From assembly GCF_009914755.1 (NCBI RefSeq), contig NC_060935.1: DNA of 64,000 nucleotides; one strand, given 5' to 3'. Positions within the stretch are counted from its first letter, which is position 1. Each line of letters starts with the position of its first letter. This DNA is from the human T2T-CHM13v2.0 reference genome, Homo sapiens. Made by a program: the position numbers and the translations under genes. Shown here in pieces: positions 1-15,090 of the stretch. The notes under the pieces were generated by a model that saw only the letters and a list, made by a program, of their open reading frames with translations, had not been told where the DNA came from and searched no databases.

Positions 1-547
1 GCAAATGCTTACTATAGATACTGAGTTTAATTTAAATTTGCAATAAAAAGAGAAAGTGGTCTTCTCAAAATTGGTAGATAAGACAGAAATATCGGAAATT
101 TATCTTTGAGTAATATTTTCAAGGATGAATAGGATCTCACACTATCATTATCAACAAAAGGCTGGAAATAACTCAATGTAAAAAAGAAGTTTGGAGAATT
201 TTGGCAATTCTTTTCAAGAATAGTCTTTCAAAATATTCTAACATATGCATTATGTAATCTTAGAGCTACAAAATGCTCAATGAACAAAGAGTTACTTGTT
301 CAAATGCATTAGAGCCACCACATTATATAGCTTCTTTTGGGGAATCATATTTAAAATTAACCTATTAAAGGCTTTAAGAAGACTTATGGTAAAGTAATAG
401 GTCTAATCCATCATTTCTAAACTTACTTGGCTGTATAATCCATTTGAGGAATATCTATAGCAGTCTATAGAAAATTGTTCTAGGCACTCCACCGAATTCT
501 ATTATCCCTGTTGTAAAATATCAACAAGAGAAATTACTCTGAGAATA

Positions 548-3036
548 TGGAGGGAATTATCCCTAACTCATTCTGCATGCCCAGAATCATCCTGATACCA
601 AATCCAAGCAAGCACACAACAACAACAAAGTAAAACTACAGACCGACACCCCTGATAAACATAGACACAAAAATCCTCAAATAAATACTAGTAAACTGAA
701 TGAAGTAGCCCTCAAAAAGATAGTACACCATGATCAAGTGGGTTTTATTGCACGGATGCAATGGTATTTCATACACAAATCAATAAATGATTCAACGCAT
801 AAACAGAACTATAAACAAAACCATACAATCATTTCAATAGATGAGGAAAAAAATTGATAAAATTCAGCATCAATTGCTGAGAAAAACCCTTAATAAACTA
901 GGCATCAAAGGAACACATATCAAAATAATAAAAGCCATATAAGACTAACCCAGCCAACATCATACTGCATGAGGAAAAATTGAAAGCTTTCCCCCAAGAC
1001 CTGGAACAAGGCAAGGATGGCCACTTTCACACACTCCTATTCAACATAATACTGGAAGTCCTAGCAAGAGGAATCAGGAAAGAGAAAGATATAAAAGGCA
1101 TTCAAATTGGAAAAGAGGAAGTTGAATTATCCTTTTTTGCTGGTGATATGATCTTATACCTGCAAAACTCTAAGGACTCCGACAAAAGACTCCTAGATTT
1201 CATAAATAAATTCTGTAAGGTTTCAGGATACAAAATTAACATACAAAATTGAGTAGCATATCTATACAGCAATAACTATCAAGCTGAGAACCAAATCAAT
1301 CAGTCAATCCCTTTAATAATAGCTACCAGTAAACAAATAAATAAAACATAGGATGAAAGATCTCCACAGAGAAAAACTACAAAACACTGACGCAAATAAT
1401 TTTAGACGACACAAGCAAATGGAAAAACAGTTCATGCACATGGATTGGAAGAATCAATATTGTTAAAATTACCATCCTCTCCAAAGCAATCTATGGATTC
1501 AATGCAATTTCTATCAAAATACCTACATCATTTTTCACAGAATTAGAAAAAAACAGTTCTAAAATTAATATGGAACCAAAAAAGCACCTGAACAGCCAAA
1601 GAAATGCTAAGCAGAAAGAACACAGCTGGAGGCATCACATACTATTTCAACCTGTACTACTAGAATATAGTAACTAAAACAGCATGGTATGATATAAAAT
1701 AGACTCATAAATCAATGGAACAGAATAGAGAATCCAGAAATCAAGCCTCATACCTATAGACAACCAATCTTCAACAAAGCCAACAAAAACATACTCTCAA
1801 GAAAGAAAACCCCGTTCAATAAATGGTGCTGGGAAATTTGGATAGCCATATCCAGAAAAATGAAACCGGTCACATGTCTCTCAGGATATACAAAAATTAT
1901 CTCAAGACGGATCAATGACTTAGATGTAAGACCTGAAACTGTTAAAATTATAGAAGAAAATCTAGAGAAAATTCTTCTGGACATAGGGCTACATTAAGAA
2001 TTCATGACTTAGACCCTAAAAGCAAATGCAACAAAACCAAAAACATTTAATTAAACTAAAAAACCTTCTGCAGTGTAAAAGACATAATCAACAGAGTGAA
2101 CAGGAGCCTACAGACTGGGAGAAACTATTTGCAAACTATGCCTTTAACAAAGGACTAATATCCAGATTCTACAAGGAACACAAACAACTAAACAAGAAAA
2201 AAAAATAACCCCATCAAAAAGTGGGCAAAGTACTGGAGCAGACATTTTTAAAGGAAAATTTACAAATGATGAACAAGCTTATGAATAAATGCTCAACGTT
2301 ATTAATCACCAGAGAAGTGCAAATTAAAACCAGAGTAAGACACCATCAGAATGTCTATTACTAAAAAATAACAGATGTTGGTGAGGATGCAAACAAAAGG
2401 GAATGTTTATATTGGTGGGAATATAGATTAGTACAACCTCTATGGACAACAGTGTGGAGATTTCTCAAAGAATTAAAAAATGGAACTACCATTTGATCCA
2501 GCAATTCCGCTATTGGGTATCTACCCAAAGGAAAATTGTATCAAAAAGATACTTGCACTTACATGTTTATTTCAGCACTATTCACAAGAGCAAAAATATA
2601 GAATCAACCTAAGTGTCCATCAATGGATGACTGAATAAAGAAAATATCTACATATACACCATATAATATTAGCCATAAAAAAGAATGAAATCATGTCTTT
2701 TGCTGAAATGTGGATGGAATTGGAGGCTATTATCCTAAGTGAAACAACTCAAAAACAGAAAGTCAAATACCACATGTTCTCACTTATAAGCGGGAGCTAA
2801 ATAATGTGTACACATGGACAGAGAGAGGGAAATAAAAGACATTCAAAAGTTACAAATGTGGGAGAATGGGGGGAGAGTGAGGGATGATAAATTACCTAAT
2901 GGATACAATGTACACTATTCAGGTGATGGATACAATACAAGACTAGACTTGACCATGATGCAATATATCAATGTAACAAAACTTCCCTCGTAACCCCTAA
3001 ATCTATAAAAATAAAAAATAAATAAGTTTTTCTAAA
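548..3036 (+). mobile_element. 5'-truncated LINE-1, L1PB-like (ORF2 RT/C-terminal region plus 3' UTR)
   Basis: ORF2-like fragments ([43 protein letters not shown]). L1PB-type 3' UTR at ~2800-3020. Flanking TSD aagagaaattactctgagaata (526-547) / aagaaaaattactctgaaaata (3037-3058). Confidence 0.92.
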
Positions 3037-3676
3037 AAGAAAAATTACTCTGAAAATACTATGCTTGGAAAATAAAGGCAGGCAGTTAATAATTATTGAA
3101 TACCTACCATTTTTCAGACAGAATATAAATAATATTATGTATACTTTTTCCTTTAATTCTTATAGGAATTTTTTTGTATTTATATTATTACCATAATTTT
3201 ACATATTACAAAGCCTTAGAGATATGAATTAACTTGACGAAGATAATAATTGTGTAATATGATTAGAATTTGAATCCAGCTCTTAATGACAAGATATCTT
3301 TTGTTTTTATATTATAGAGTACTGATTTATTATTGAAATAAAATATAAGGGCAAAGAAAGGATATTTTACTGTTACATTCATCAAGAAAATCTAAGTAAT
3401 TTTTATTATGTATCATACTTCTTAATTCCTCCTCTTCTCCTGTAAATTGGTTTTGTTCATTTCAGTTTAAACCACAATGTTTTCAAGTGATAGGTCTTGA
3501 TCGCTCATGTTTAATTTATGAAATGAATATATGATAATTTACATTTTCATAAATTGTACTTTTGTTTGATGAAGCATGCATGTTTGAGTTGATTCATATG
3601 AGTTTCAATTTTCTTAAAAGGAAAAGACGCAGCCTCAGTGTCATTACTGAAAAGAAACAGTTGCATATTTTTTCAG

Positions 3677-3755
3677 AAACGGATTGCCAAATTCCTAGGA
3701 CCTCTCAACCTTTACTTTGTTATGAATTATGGACTCTTAGACTGCCTCAGTGAAG
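3677..3755 (+). other. Candidate 79-nt internal exon (unverified)
   Basis: Acceptor tatttttttcag|A and consensus donor AAG|GTGAGT in non-repeat sequence. Confidence 0.25.
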
Positions 3756-4745
3756 GTGAGTTGAGGTAGAGAGTAGAAGTGAGATACTTGTATAAGATGT
3801 GCAAAAACTCAGAGGAAGTTGAAAATCCCACTTCTTTTCTCTGTTTAAAAATTTCTTCCTTCTACTCATTCTTTAGCATTTTGTTGTGCTCTGTGTGAGA
3901 CTAATTTCTTTTTTTAAAAAAATCATCATTATTACTTTGAACTAGAGAATTGCCGTATCAATTACTAAGGGTGTATTGAAAATTGTGCCATATGCATGAT
4001 TATTCCATTAGTCCTAGTACAATGTAATTAACAAATGGAAAGTCATAGCATAACTATGCAAATATATGTGACAGGAGGGAAAGAAGAGGGAAGAAAAAAT
4101 TTTTAGAGCGCTGGAAACCTAGGCAAAGTAGTCTAGACACCAACTCTATTGTATCCTCTTTTTGAGGATATGGTTTCAGTAGGTCTAAGCTTGTTTCAAA
4201 AATAGAACTGGATGTTTGCAAAACTGTTCTTGAGCAGAAATGAGTAGATTGTTAGGGTAAAATATGCAAAAATGGACACTGACACAGCAAGACATTTGCT
4301 ATTTTCAAAATTCTAACAGAACCCTAACTGCCTAACTGTGGCAAGAATACCATCTCTTGGAGCAATATGCTCTATGGAAAACAGAGGCAAGAGAAAAGCT
4401 AGGCCAAGATAGACTATATTGCAATACAGATAGATCTCCCTCCTAGTATATCACACTTGAAATCACTGCCATTTTTTATTTGTTTGTTTGTTTGTTTTGT
4501 TTTATTGACTGATGGAGCTGTTGGGAAAGTAGAAATTGCCTGAAGACCAGAAATGACAAGGCTGTGCAAATTTGCTGCAGGCCAGCATTCCAGTGGATAT
4601 TTGCACGAGGAATATCTGCAATTCCTGGTAGCCTGGAGCTTGGGTTTAATAGGCAATGCAGTTGGGAAGCTATGTGACTTTGCTCCTCCATTTTTGTAGG
4701 CTTCTTTTCTGCTAAATTCTTCATATTTATATATAAATGATTAAC

Positions 4746-5168
4746 TGAATTAGAGTTCTCCAGAGAAACAGAACCAGTAGGATATGTATATGGATTATAT
4801 GTATAAACATAAATATACATATATTGAAAGAGAATTTCCTTTTAAAAATTGTCTAAATCTGTAATTTTCAAGACAGTTCAACACTGCAAATTATGGCAGA
4901 ATTGATGTTGTAGTCTGGAGTCCAAAGGCAGTCTGGAGACAGAATTTCTTCCTCTTCTGTTAGGCAGATCTTAGTATTTTATCTAAAAGACATCACCTGT
5001 TTGGATAAGGCCATCCAACATATGGAGAGTAATCTACTTTTCTTGAATTCTATTAATTTCACTGTTAATCTCATCTAGAAAATACTTTCACAGTAAAATC
5101 TAGAATGGTTTTTGATCAAACAACTGGGCTTATAGCCTAGCTAGGTTGACTTAAAATTAACCATCACA
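4746..5168 (-). mobile_element. MLT2 (ERVL) solo LTR
   Basis: Starts ttagagttctccagagaaacagaaccagtaggata and ends aaaattaaccatcaca, matching reverse-strand MLT2 ends. Confidence 0.85.
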
Positions 5169-5542
5169 GGAAACAATAGCTTAAAGGCGTGTGTGTGAGT
5201 GTGTGAGTTTAACAAAGAGCTTTTCCATTCATGCTGGCATTTTGGCTAGTGTATGTGTACATGTGTATTTGTATATATGTTTATATAAATGCACCTGTCT
5301 AATCTTTTGAAATAGATTGTTACTCAATCCCAAACTTACAAGTCAAACTAAGTATTACAAAAAAGGAAGCTGAAAAAAATACCAGGGAAACATTTTCTAG
5401 TACACTTTCAGTTGTTTGTTAGAGGCATCATTTTGATAAAGACCCATATTTTATTAGGCTGTATTCTAATAACTTAAGATTAGACTAAAAAAAGTAATAT
5501 TATTTTGCATTTAAAAAGTGTGTTCTGTCACACATTATTCTT

Positions 5543-5581
5543 ATCTGTAAAGTATCTGTAAAATCTGTAAAAATCTGCAAA
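5543..5581. repeat. Short tandem array of atctg(t/c)aaa x4
   Basis: atctgtaaa-gt-atctgtaaa-atctgtaaa-a-atctgcaaa read directly. Confidence 0.8.
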
Positions 5582-7013
5582 ATAAAAATAATACAATGTT
5601 AGGCACTCAGCCCCACAAAGCAGTGACATGTAGTAAAATAAAGGCACTTATGTGTACTGGGGAAAAAGGGAGGCCATAGGGCAAGATGGCTGAATAGGAA
5701 CAGCTCTGGTCTGCAGCTTCCAGTGAGATCAACGCAGAAGGTGGGTGATTTCTGCATTTCCAACTGAGGTACCCAGGTCATCTCACTAGGACTGGTTAGA
5801 CAGTGGGTGCAGCCCACGGAGGGCGAGCTGAAGCAGGGTGGGGTGTCACCTCACCTGGGAAGCAAAAGGGGTTGGTGAACTCCCTCCCCTAGCCAAGGGA
5901 AGCCATGAGGGACCATGCCGTGAGGAATGGTGATATCCGGCCCATATACTATGCTTTTCCCGTGGTCTTCGCAACCCACAGACCAGGAGATTCCCTCAGG
6001 TGACTATACCACCAGGGCCCTGGGTTTCAAGCACCAAACTGGGCAGCCATTTGAGCAGACACCAAGCTAGCTGCAGGAATTTTTTGTCATGCCCCAGTAG
6101 CATCTGGAATACCAGCGAGACAGAACTGTTCACTCCCCTGGAAAGGGGGCTGAAGCCAGGGAGCCAAGTGGTCTAGCTCAGTGGATCCCACCCCCACGGA
6201 GCCCAGCAAACTATGATCCACTGGCTTGAAATTCTTGCTGCCAGGACAGCAGTCTGAAGTCTACCAGAAACACTCGAGTTTGATGAGGGCAGGGGTGTTC
6301 ACCATCACTGAGGCTTGAGTAGGCAGTTTTCACCTCACAAGGTAAACAAAGCCTCTGAGAAGTTTGAACTGGGTGGAGCCCACCAGAGCTCGGCAAAGCT
6401 GCTGTAGCCAGACTGCCTCTCTAGATTCCTCCTCTCTGGGAAGGGCATCCCTGAAAGAAAGGCAGCAGCCCCAGTCAGGGGCTTATAGATAAAACTCAAA
6501 TCTCCCTGGGACAGAGTACCTGGGAGAAAGGGCAGCTGTGGGAGCAGTTTCAGCAGACTTAAATGTTATTGCCTGTTGGCTCTGAAGAGAAGAGTGGATC
6601 TCCCAGCACAGTGCTCGAGCTCTGCTAAGGGACAGACTGCCTCCTCAAGTGGGTCCCTGACCCCCATGCCTCCTGACTAGGAGATACCTCCCAGCAGGGG
6701 TCGACAGACACCTCATATAGGAGAGCACTGGTTGGCATCTGGTGGGTGCCCCTCTGGCATGAAGCTTTCAATGGAAAAAACAGGCAGCAATGTTTGCTGT
6801 TCTGCAGCTTCTGCTGGTGATACCCAGGCAAACAGGGTCTGGAGTAGACCTCTAGCAAACTCCAGCAGACCTGCAGAAGAGGGGCCTGACTGTTAGAAGG
6901 AAAGCTAACAAACAGAAAGGAATACCATCAACATCAACAAAAAGGACATCCACACAAAAACCCCATCTGAAGGTCATCAACATCAAAGACCAAAGGTAGA
7001 AAAATCCATGAAG

Positions 7014-8038
7014 ATGAGAAAAAACCAGCTCAAAAAGGCTGAAAATTCCAAAAACCGGAATGTCTCTTCTCCTCCAAAGGATCACAACTCCTTGCCAGCA
7101 AGGGAACAAAACTGGACGGAGAATGAGATTGACGAATTGACAGAAGTAGGCTTCAGAAGGTGGGTAATAACAAACTTCTCTGAGTTAAAGGAGCATGTTC
7201 TAACCCAATGCAAGGAAGCTAAGAACCTTGATATAAGGTTACAGGAACTGCTAACTAGAATACCCAGTTTAGGGAAGAACATAAATGACCTCATGGAGCT
7301 GAAATACAGCACGAGACCTTTGTGAAGCATACAAAAATATGAACAGCCAAATCAATGAAGCAGAAGAAAGGATATCAGAGATTGAAGATCAACTTAATGA
7401 AATAAAGCATGAAAACAAAATTAGAGAAAAAAGAATGAAAAGGAACTAACAAAGCCTCCAAGAAGTATGGGACTATGTGAAAAGACCAAAGCTACATTTG
7501 ATTGGTATACCTGAAAGTGATGAGGAGAATGGAACCAAGTTGGAAAACACTCTTCAGGATATTATCCAGGAGAACTTTCCAAACCTAGCAAGGCAGGCCA
7601 GCATTCAAATTCAGGAAATACAGAGAACACCACAAAGGTACTCCTTGAGAAGAGCAATCCCAAGACACATAATTGTCAGGTTCACCAAGGCTGAAATGAA
7701 GGAAAAAATGTTAAGGGCAGCCAGAGAGAAAGGTCGGGTTACCTATAAAGGGAAGCCCATCAAACTAACAGTGAATCTCTCTGCAAAAACCCTACAAGCC
7801 AGAATACGGTAGAGGACAATATTCAACATTCTCAAAGAAAAGAATTTTCAACCCAGAATTTCATATTCAGCCAAACTAAACTTCATAAGCGAAGGAGAAA
7901 TAAAGTCCTTTACAGACAAGAAAATGCTGAGGGATTTTTGTCACCACCAGGCCTGCCTTACAAGAGCTCCTAAAGGAAGCACTAAATATGTAAAGGAACA
8001 ACTGGTACCAGCCACTGCAAAAACATACCAAATTGTAA
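7014..8038 (+). pseudogene. L1 ORF1p remnant (frameshifts and stops)
   Basis: MRKNQLKKAENSKN...; KRPKLHLIGIPESDEENGTKLENTLQDIIQENFPNLARQA...PRHIIVRFTK; ends aaattgtaa. Confidence 0.93.
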
Positions 8039-8561
8039 AGGCCATTGACACTATGAAGAAACTGCATTAACTAACAGGCAAAATAACCAGCTAGCATCAT
8101 AATGACAGGATCAAATTCATACATAACAATATTAACTTTAAATGTAAACAAGCTAAATACCCCAATTAAAAGATCCCTCAGTGTGCTGTATTCAGGAGAC
8201 CCATCTCACGTGCAAAGACACACATAAGCTCAAAATAAAGGGATGGAGGAATATTTACTAAGCAAATGGAAAGCCAAAAAAAAAAAAAAAAAGCAGGGGT
8301 TGCAATCCTAGTCTCTGATAAAACAGACTTTAAACCAATATTAGACAGATTAAGACAGAAAATTAACAAGGATATTTAGGACTTGAACTCAGCTCTGGAG
8401 CAAGCAGACCTAACAGACATCTACAGAACTCTCCACCACAAATCAACAGAATATACATTCTTCTCAGCACCACATCGCACTTATTCTAAAATTGACCACA
8501 TAATTGGAAGTAAAACACTTCTCAGCAAATGCAAAATAATGGAAATCATGACAGTCTCTCA

Positions 8562-8900
<339 letters not shown>

Positions 8901-9062
8901 TCACTCAAAACCGCACAACTACATGGAAAGTGAAGAACCTGCTCCTGAATGACTACTGGGTAAATAATGAAATTAAGACAGAAATAAATAAGTTCTTTGA
9001 AACCAATGAGAACAAAGACACAAGGTACCAGAATCTCTGGGACACAGCTAAAGAAGTGTTTA

Positions 9063-9393
<331 letters not shown>

Positions 9394-12300
9394 CTAAATG
9401 CCCACAGGAGAAAGCAGGAAAGATTTAAAATCAACACCCTAACATCACAATTAAAAGAACTAGAGAAGCAAAAGCAAACAAATTCAAAAACTAGCAGAAG
9501 ACAAGAAATAACTAAGATCAGAGCAGAACTGAAGGAGATAGAGACACAAATAACCCCTCAAAAAATCAATGAATCCAGGAGCTGGTTTTTTGAAAAGATT
9601 AACAAAATAGACCACTAGCCAGACTCATAAAGAAGAAAAGAGAGTATAATCAAATAGACACAATAAAAATGATAAAAGGGATATCAACACTGATCCCACA
9701 GAAATACAAACCACCATCAGAGAATACTATAAACACCTCTACACAAATAAACTAGAAAATCTAGAAAAAATGGATAAATTCCTGGACACATACACCCTCC
9801 CAAGACTAAAGCAGGAAGAAGTCAAATCCCTGAATAGAACAATAACAAGTTCTGAAATTGAGGCAGTAATTAATAGCCTACCAACCAAAACAGCCTGGGA
9901 CCAGACAGACTCACAGCTGAATTCTACCAGAGATACAAAGAGGAGCTGGTACCATTCCTTCTGAAATTATTCCAAACAAAGAAAAACAGGGGCTCCTCCC
10001 TAACTCATTCTATGAAACCAGCATCATCCTGATACAAAACTTGGCAGAGATGCAACAACAAAAAAGAATTTCAGGCCAATATCCCTGATGAACATCAATG
10101 CAAAAACCTCAATAAAATACTGGCAAACCAAATGCAGCAGCACATCAAAAAGCTTATCCACTACGATCAAGGCACCGTCATCCCTGGGATGCAAGGCTGG
10201 TTCAACATACATAAATCGATAAATGTAATCCATCACATAAACAGAACAAATGACAAAAACCACATGATTATCTCAATAAATGCAGAAAAGGCCTTCCATA
10301 AAATTAAACACCCCTTCATGCTAAAACTCTCAATAAACTTGGTATTGAGGGGACATATCTTAAAATAATAAGAGCTATTTATGACAAACCCACAGTCAAT
10401 ATCACACTGAATGGGCAAAAAACTGGAAGCATTCCCTTTGACAACCGGCACAAGACAAGGAAGCCCTCTCTCACCACTCTAATTCAACATGGTACTGGAA
10501 GTTCTGCCCGGGGCAAGTAGGCAAGAGAAAGAAATAAAGGGTACTCAAATAGGAAGAGGGGAAATCAAATTGTCTCTGTTTACAGATGACATGATGGTAT
10601 ATTTAGAAAACCCCATCGTCTCAGCCCAAAATCTCCTTAAGCTGCCAAGCAACTTCAGCAAAGTCTCAGGATGCAAAATCAATGGACAAAAATCACAAGC
10701 ATTCCTCTACACCATAATAGACAAACAGAGAGCCAAATCATGAGTGAACTCCCATTCACAATTGCTACAAAGCGAATAAAATACCTAGGAATATAACTTA
10801 GAAGGGATGTGAAGAAACTCTTCAAGGAGAACTACAAACCACTGCTCACAGAAATAAGAGAGGACACAAACAAACGGAAAAACGTTCCATGGTCATGGAT
10901 AGAAAGAATCAATATCATGAAAATGGCCATACTTCCCAAAGTAATTTATAGATTCAATGCTATTCCATCAAGCTACCATTGACTTTCTTCACAGAATTAG
11001 AAAAAAAGAGTACTTTAAATTTCATACAAAACCAAGAAGTGCCCATATAGCCAAGACAATCCTAAGCAAAAAAACAAAGCTGGAAGCATCAGGTTACAAG
11101 GCTTTAATAACCAAAACAGCATGGTACTGGTACCAAAACAGATATATAGACCAACGGAACAGAACAGAGGCCTCAGAAATAATGCCACACATCTACAACC
11201 ATTGGATCTTTGACAAACATGACAAAAACAAGCAATGGGGAAAAGATTCCCTATTTAATAAATGGTGCTGGGAAAACTGGCTAGCCATATGCAGAAAACT
11301 GAAGCTGGACCCCTTCCCCACATCTTATAAAAAAAATTAACTCAGGATGGGTTAAAGACTTAAACGTAAGACCTAAAACCATAAAAACCCTTGAATAAAA
11401 TCTAGGCAATACCATTCAGGACATAGGCATGGGCAATGACTTCATGACTAAAACATCAAAAGCTAAGGCAACAAAAGGCAAAACTGACAAATGGGATCTA
11501 ATTAAACTAAAGAGCTTCTGCACAACAAAAGAAACTATCATCAGAGTGAACAGGCAACCTACAGAATGGGAGAAAATTTTTGCAATTTATTCATCTGACA
11601 AAGGGCTAATATCCAGAATCTACAAGGAACTTAAACAAATTTACAAGAAAACAACAAACAACCCAATCAAAAAGTGGGCAAAGGATGTGAACAGACACTT
11701 CTCAAGAAAAGACATTTATGTGGCCAACAAACATATGAAAAAAAGCTCATCACTTGTCATTAGATAAATGCAAATCGTCATTAGATAAATGCAAATCAAA
11801 ACCACGAGATACCATCTCATGCCAGTTAGAATGGCAATCATTAAAATGTCAGGAAACAACAGATACTGCAGAGGATGTGGAGAAACAGGAACTCTTTTAC
11901 ACTGTTGGTGGGAGTGTAAATTAGTTCAACCATTGTGGAAGACAGTATGGCAATTTCTCAAGGATCTAGAACCAGAAATACCATTTGATCCAGCAATCCC
12001 TTTACTGGATATATACCCAAAGGAGTATAAATCATTCTATTACAAACATACATGCACATGTATGTTCACTGCAGCACTATTCACAATAACAAAGACTTGG
12101 AACCAACCCAAATGCCCATCAATTGTAGACTGGTTAAAAAAATGTGGCACATATACACCATGGAATAATATGCAGCCATAAAAAAGGAAAAGTTCATGTT
12201 TTTTGCAGGGAGATGGATGAAGCTGGAATTTATCCTTCTCAGCAAACTAACACAGGAACAGAAAACCAAACACCACATATTCTCACTCAAAAGTGGAAGT

Positions 12301-12816
12301 TGAACAATGAGAATACATGGACACAGGGAGGGGACCATCACACACTGGGGCCTGTCAGTGAGTGGGGGCTAGGGGAGGGATAGCATTAGGAGAAATACCT
12401 GATATAGATGCTGGGTTGATGAGTGTAGCAAACCACCATGGCAAGTGTATACCTCTGTAACAAACGTTCACGTTCTGCCCATGTATCCCAGAACTTTAAG
12501 TATAATAATAATAATAAAAATCCAAGTTAAGGACTAGTTTAACATCCTGGTTCAGTGGCGCTACTAATGGGGTGGGATTTGGGGGAGCATTAGAGTCCTG
12601 TCCTATTCTTTGATATACACAATTGATATTTATACAACTTCACAAAATTGTTAGAGAAACTATGCTCCAACTTTCCTCTTCTTATCAGAACGCCACTCCT
12701 AAGCCCCTCCTTTATAATAATTATAGAGCCATCCTAGCATCACAGTTCCTGGGTTGTCTCATTCTAAATTCCTCCCCATTTACTCTACCTTTGCTACTTA
12801 CCAGTGTGCCTACACC

Positions 12817-13014
12817 CAGAGTTTCTCACCCTTGGCACTGTTGACATGTGAGACTTAATAATTTTTTGCTGTTGGGGGCTGCGCTGTGCATTTTAGGATA
12901 TTTAGCAGCATCTCTGGCCTCTACCCACTAGGTGCCAGTAATACCCTCCTGCATCTCCAGACATTGCAAAATGTTCCCTGCAGGACCAAGCTGCCCATGA
13001 TTGAGAATCATTTG
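12817..13014 (-). mobile_element. MER20 (hAT-Charlie DNA transposon relic)
   Basis: tttagcagcatctctggcctctacccactaggtgccagta and tctccagacattgcaaaatgttccct, with degenerate terminal inverted repeats. Confidence 0.88.
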
Positions 13015-13237
13015 GCTATACCTTATCATCCTAGGCCTGTCTGAGACTGAAACCAATATTCTTTGTGTATTCCAACTAGAAGTGTGTGTGTGCATGTGTG
13101 GGTGTACACATACATGCCACATGCATCCATATACACTCATGTATGGCATGGCTTAAAATTATTTGAGGTTCTGCTACTTTTAACCAAAAGAGTCTTGACT
13201 AACATCCTGTAAAGGGATGAAAACTAATGAGTGCACA

Positions 13238-13554
<317 letters not shown>

Positions 13555-13705
13555 AAGTGCACAATTTTCTTAAACATTAAATTCTAACTTCTTTTGCCTT
13601 GTATGCTCTAGAATAAGGGCTGTAAAATAACAAAGATATTTTCTTTGAATGTAAAATTTATGAAGTTTTTTCTATTTGGTATATTTTAATTTTTTTAATG
13701 GTAAG

Positions 13706-13711
13706 AATAAA
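13706..13711 (+). terminator. AATAAA poly(A) signal ending the putative L1 3' transduction
   Basis: AATAAA lies ~28 nt upstream of the second copy of the L1's putative TSD (13740-13754). Confidence 0.55.
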
Positions 13712-14722
13712 CTTGGTTCATGCATTATAAACATTTTTTAAAAAGGAGGCCATAAATATTATGGCAGATTTAAACTACTCAACTTAGACAAATAGCCAAC
13801 AAAATGTTTTCTAATTTATCCTATCCTAAGATCAACTTAATATGCATCAGAGAAGTTTAGTCATCTTTGCCATTTTTTTCCCACAAAAAATGGATTGATC
13901 CTTTTTCATCTCTTTCCTTTTAAATTCCAGCAATAATTCAGTTTAGTTAGGTCTCAGGCCAGAACTGTCTGATTTATCCAAGTTAAAAATAGCCCATTCT
14001 GCTCACGTATTATTTTCATTTTCTGGCACTTGTGCCATTAAATTTGGGGAATTCACCTATGAAAGGAGACATTTGAGCTGGGTGCCATTGAAGGCCCCTT
14101 TTAGATTTGATTTTAAAATTTTTAGATATTATAAATGATATCCTTTTAAATGGAAAGGAAGAGTGCCACCCACTTTTAGCTCAAAAATGGTGCTACTGAG
14201 TTTGAGAGACAACATCAAGAAAAAAAAAATCAGACTCCTTAATTCAGAACCAGCTGCTTGGTTTTCTATCCTATAGTTACTTCCTCTCTGTAAGAAGCTA
14301 ATTAGGAGAGGGATGATCTGGCTTTGGTATAACCCACCTCTTCTTGGAAGTATTCTCTCCTTAAAAGGGATGCATCAATATATTCATTACCCACCTTTTA
14401 TTTTCAGAATAATACGATTATTTTCATTGTTACCTTCCTTTGCATCATTCCCTTCTAAAAAAAAAAGTCTTCTAATTGCTTACTCATTTGCTTATGTTTA
14501 AATATGGTTTGATTTCCTTTTTCTTTTTCCCTTATATTGACTACCACTTAATTTTTTTCTTTGCCTGCTCTAGATACCACGTGGCTCTGAGAGTTCATCT
14601 AACAATTTCATCCTTGTGAATTGCTTAGCAGCCACCTTTTCAGTACAATACCTTGGAAAGAAGAGCAGTTTTGGAAAATATCTGGGGAAATGGATTTTAG
14701 TCTTGGTTTGACACTTACTGTG

Positions 14723-15090
14723 TGACGTGGTTTGGCTCTGTGTCCCCACCCAAATCTCATCCTGTAGCTCCCATAATTCCCACGTGTTATGGGAGGGACC
14801 CAGTGAGAGATAACTGAATCATGGGGGCAGGTCTTTTCTGTGCAGTTCTCATGACAGTCAGTAAGTCCCATGAGGACTGAGAGTTTTACAAATGGGAGTT
14901 TCCCTGCACAAGCTCTGTTTCTTTGCCTGCTGTCATCCACGTAAGACATGACTTGCTCCTCCTTGCCTTTCACCATGATTGTGAGGCCTTTCCAGCCACG
15001 TGGAACTGTAAGTCCATTAAGTCTCTTTCTTTTGCAAATTTCCCAGTCTTGGTAATGTCTTTATCAGCAGCATGAAAATGGACTAATACA
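14723..15090 (+). mobile_element. THE1 (THE1C-like) solo LTR
   Basis: tgacgtggtttggctctgtgtccccacccaaatctcatc...ggactaataca, with perfect 5-bp TSD ctgtg (14718-14722 / 15091-15095). Confidence 0.95.

Noticed and set aside
14980-15005. PRDM9 hotspot motif CCTCCCTNNCCAC in THE1 LTRs
   Set aside because: The equivalent positions read cctttccagccac, cctcctgagccac and cttcccaagtcac; none matches.
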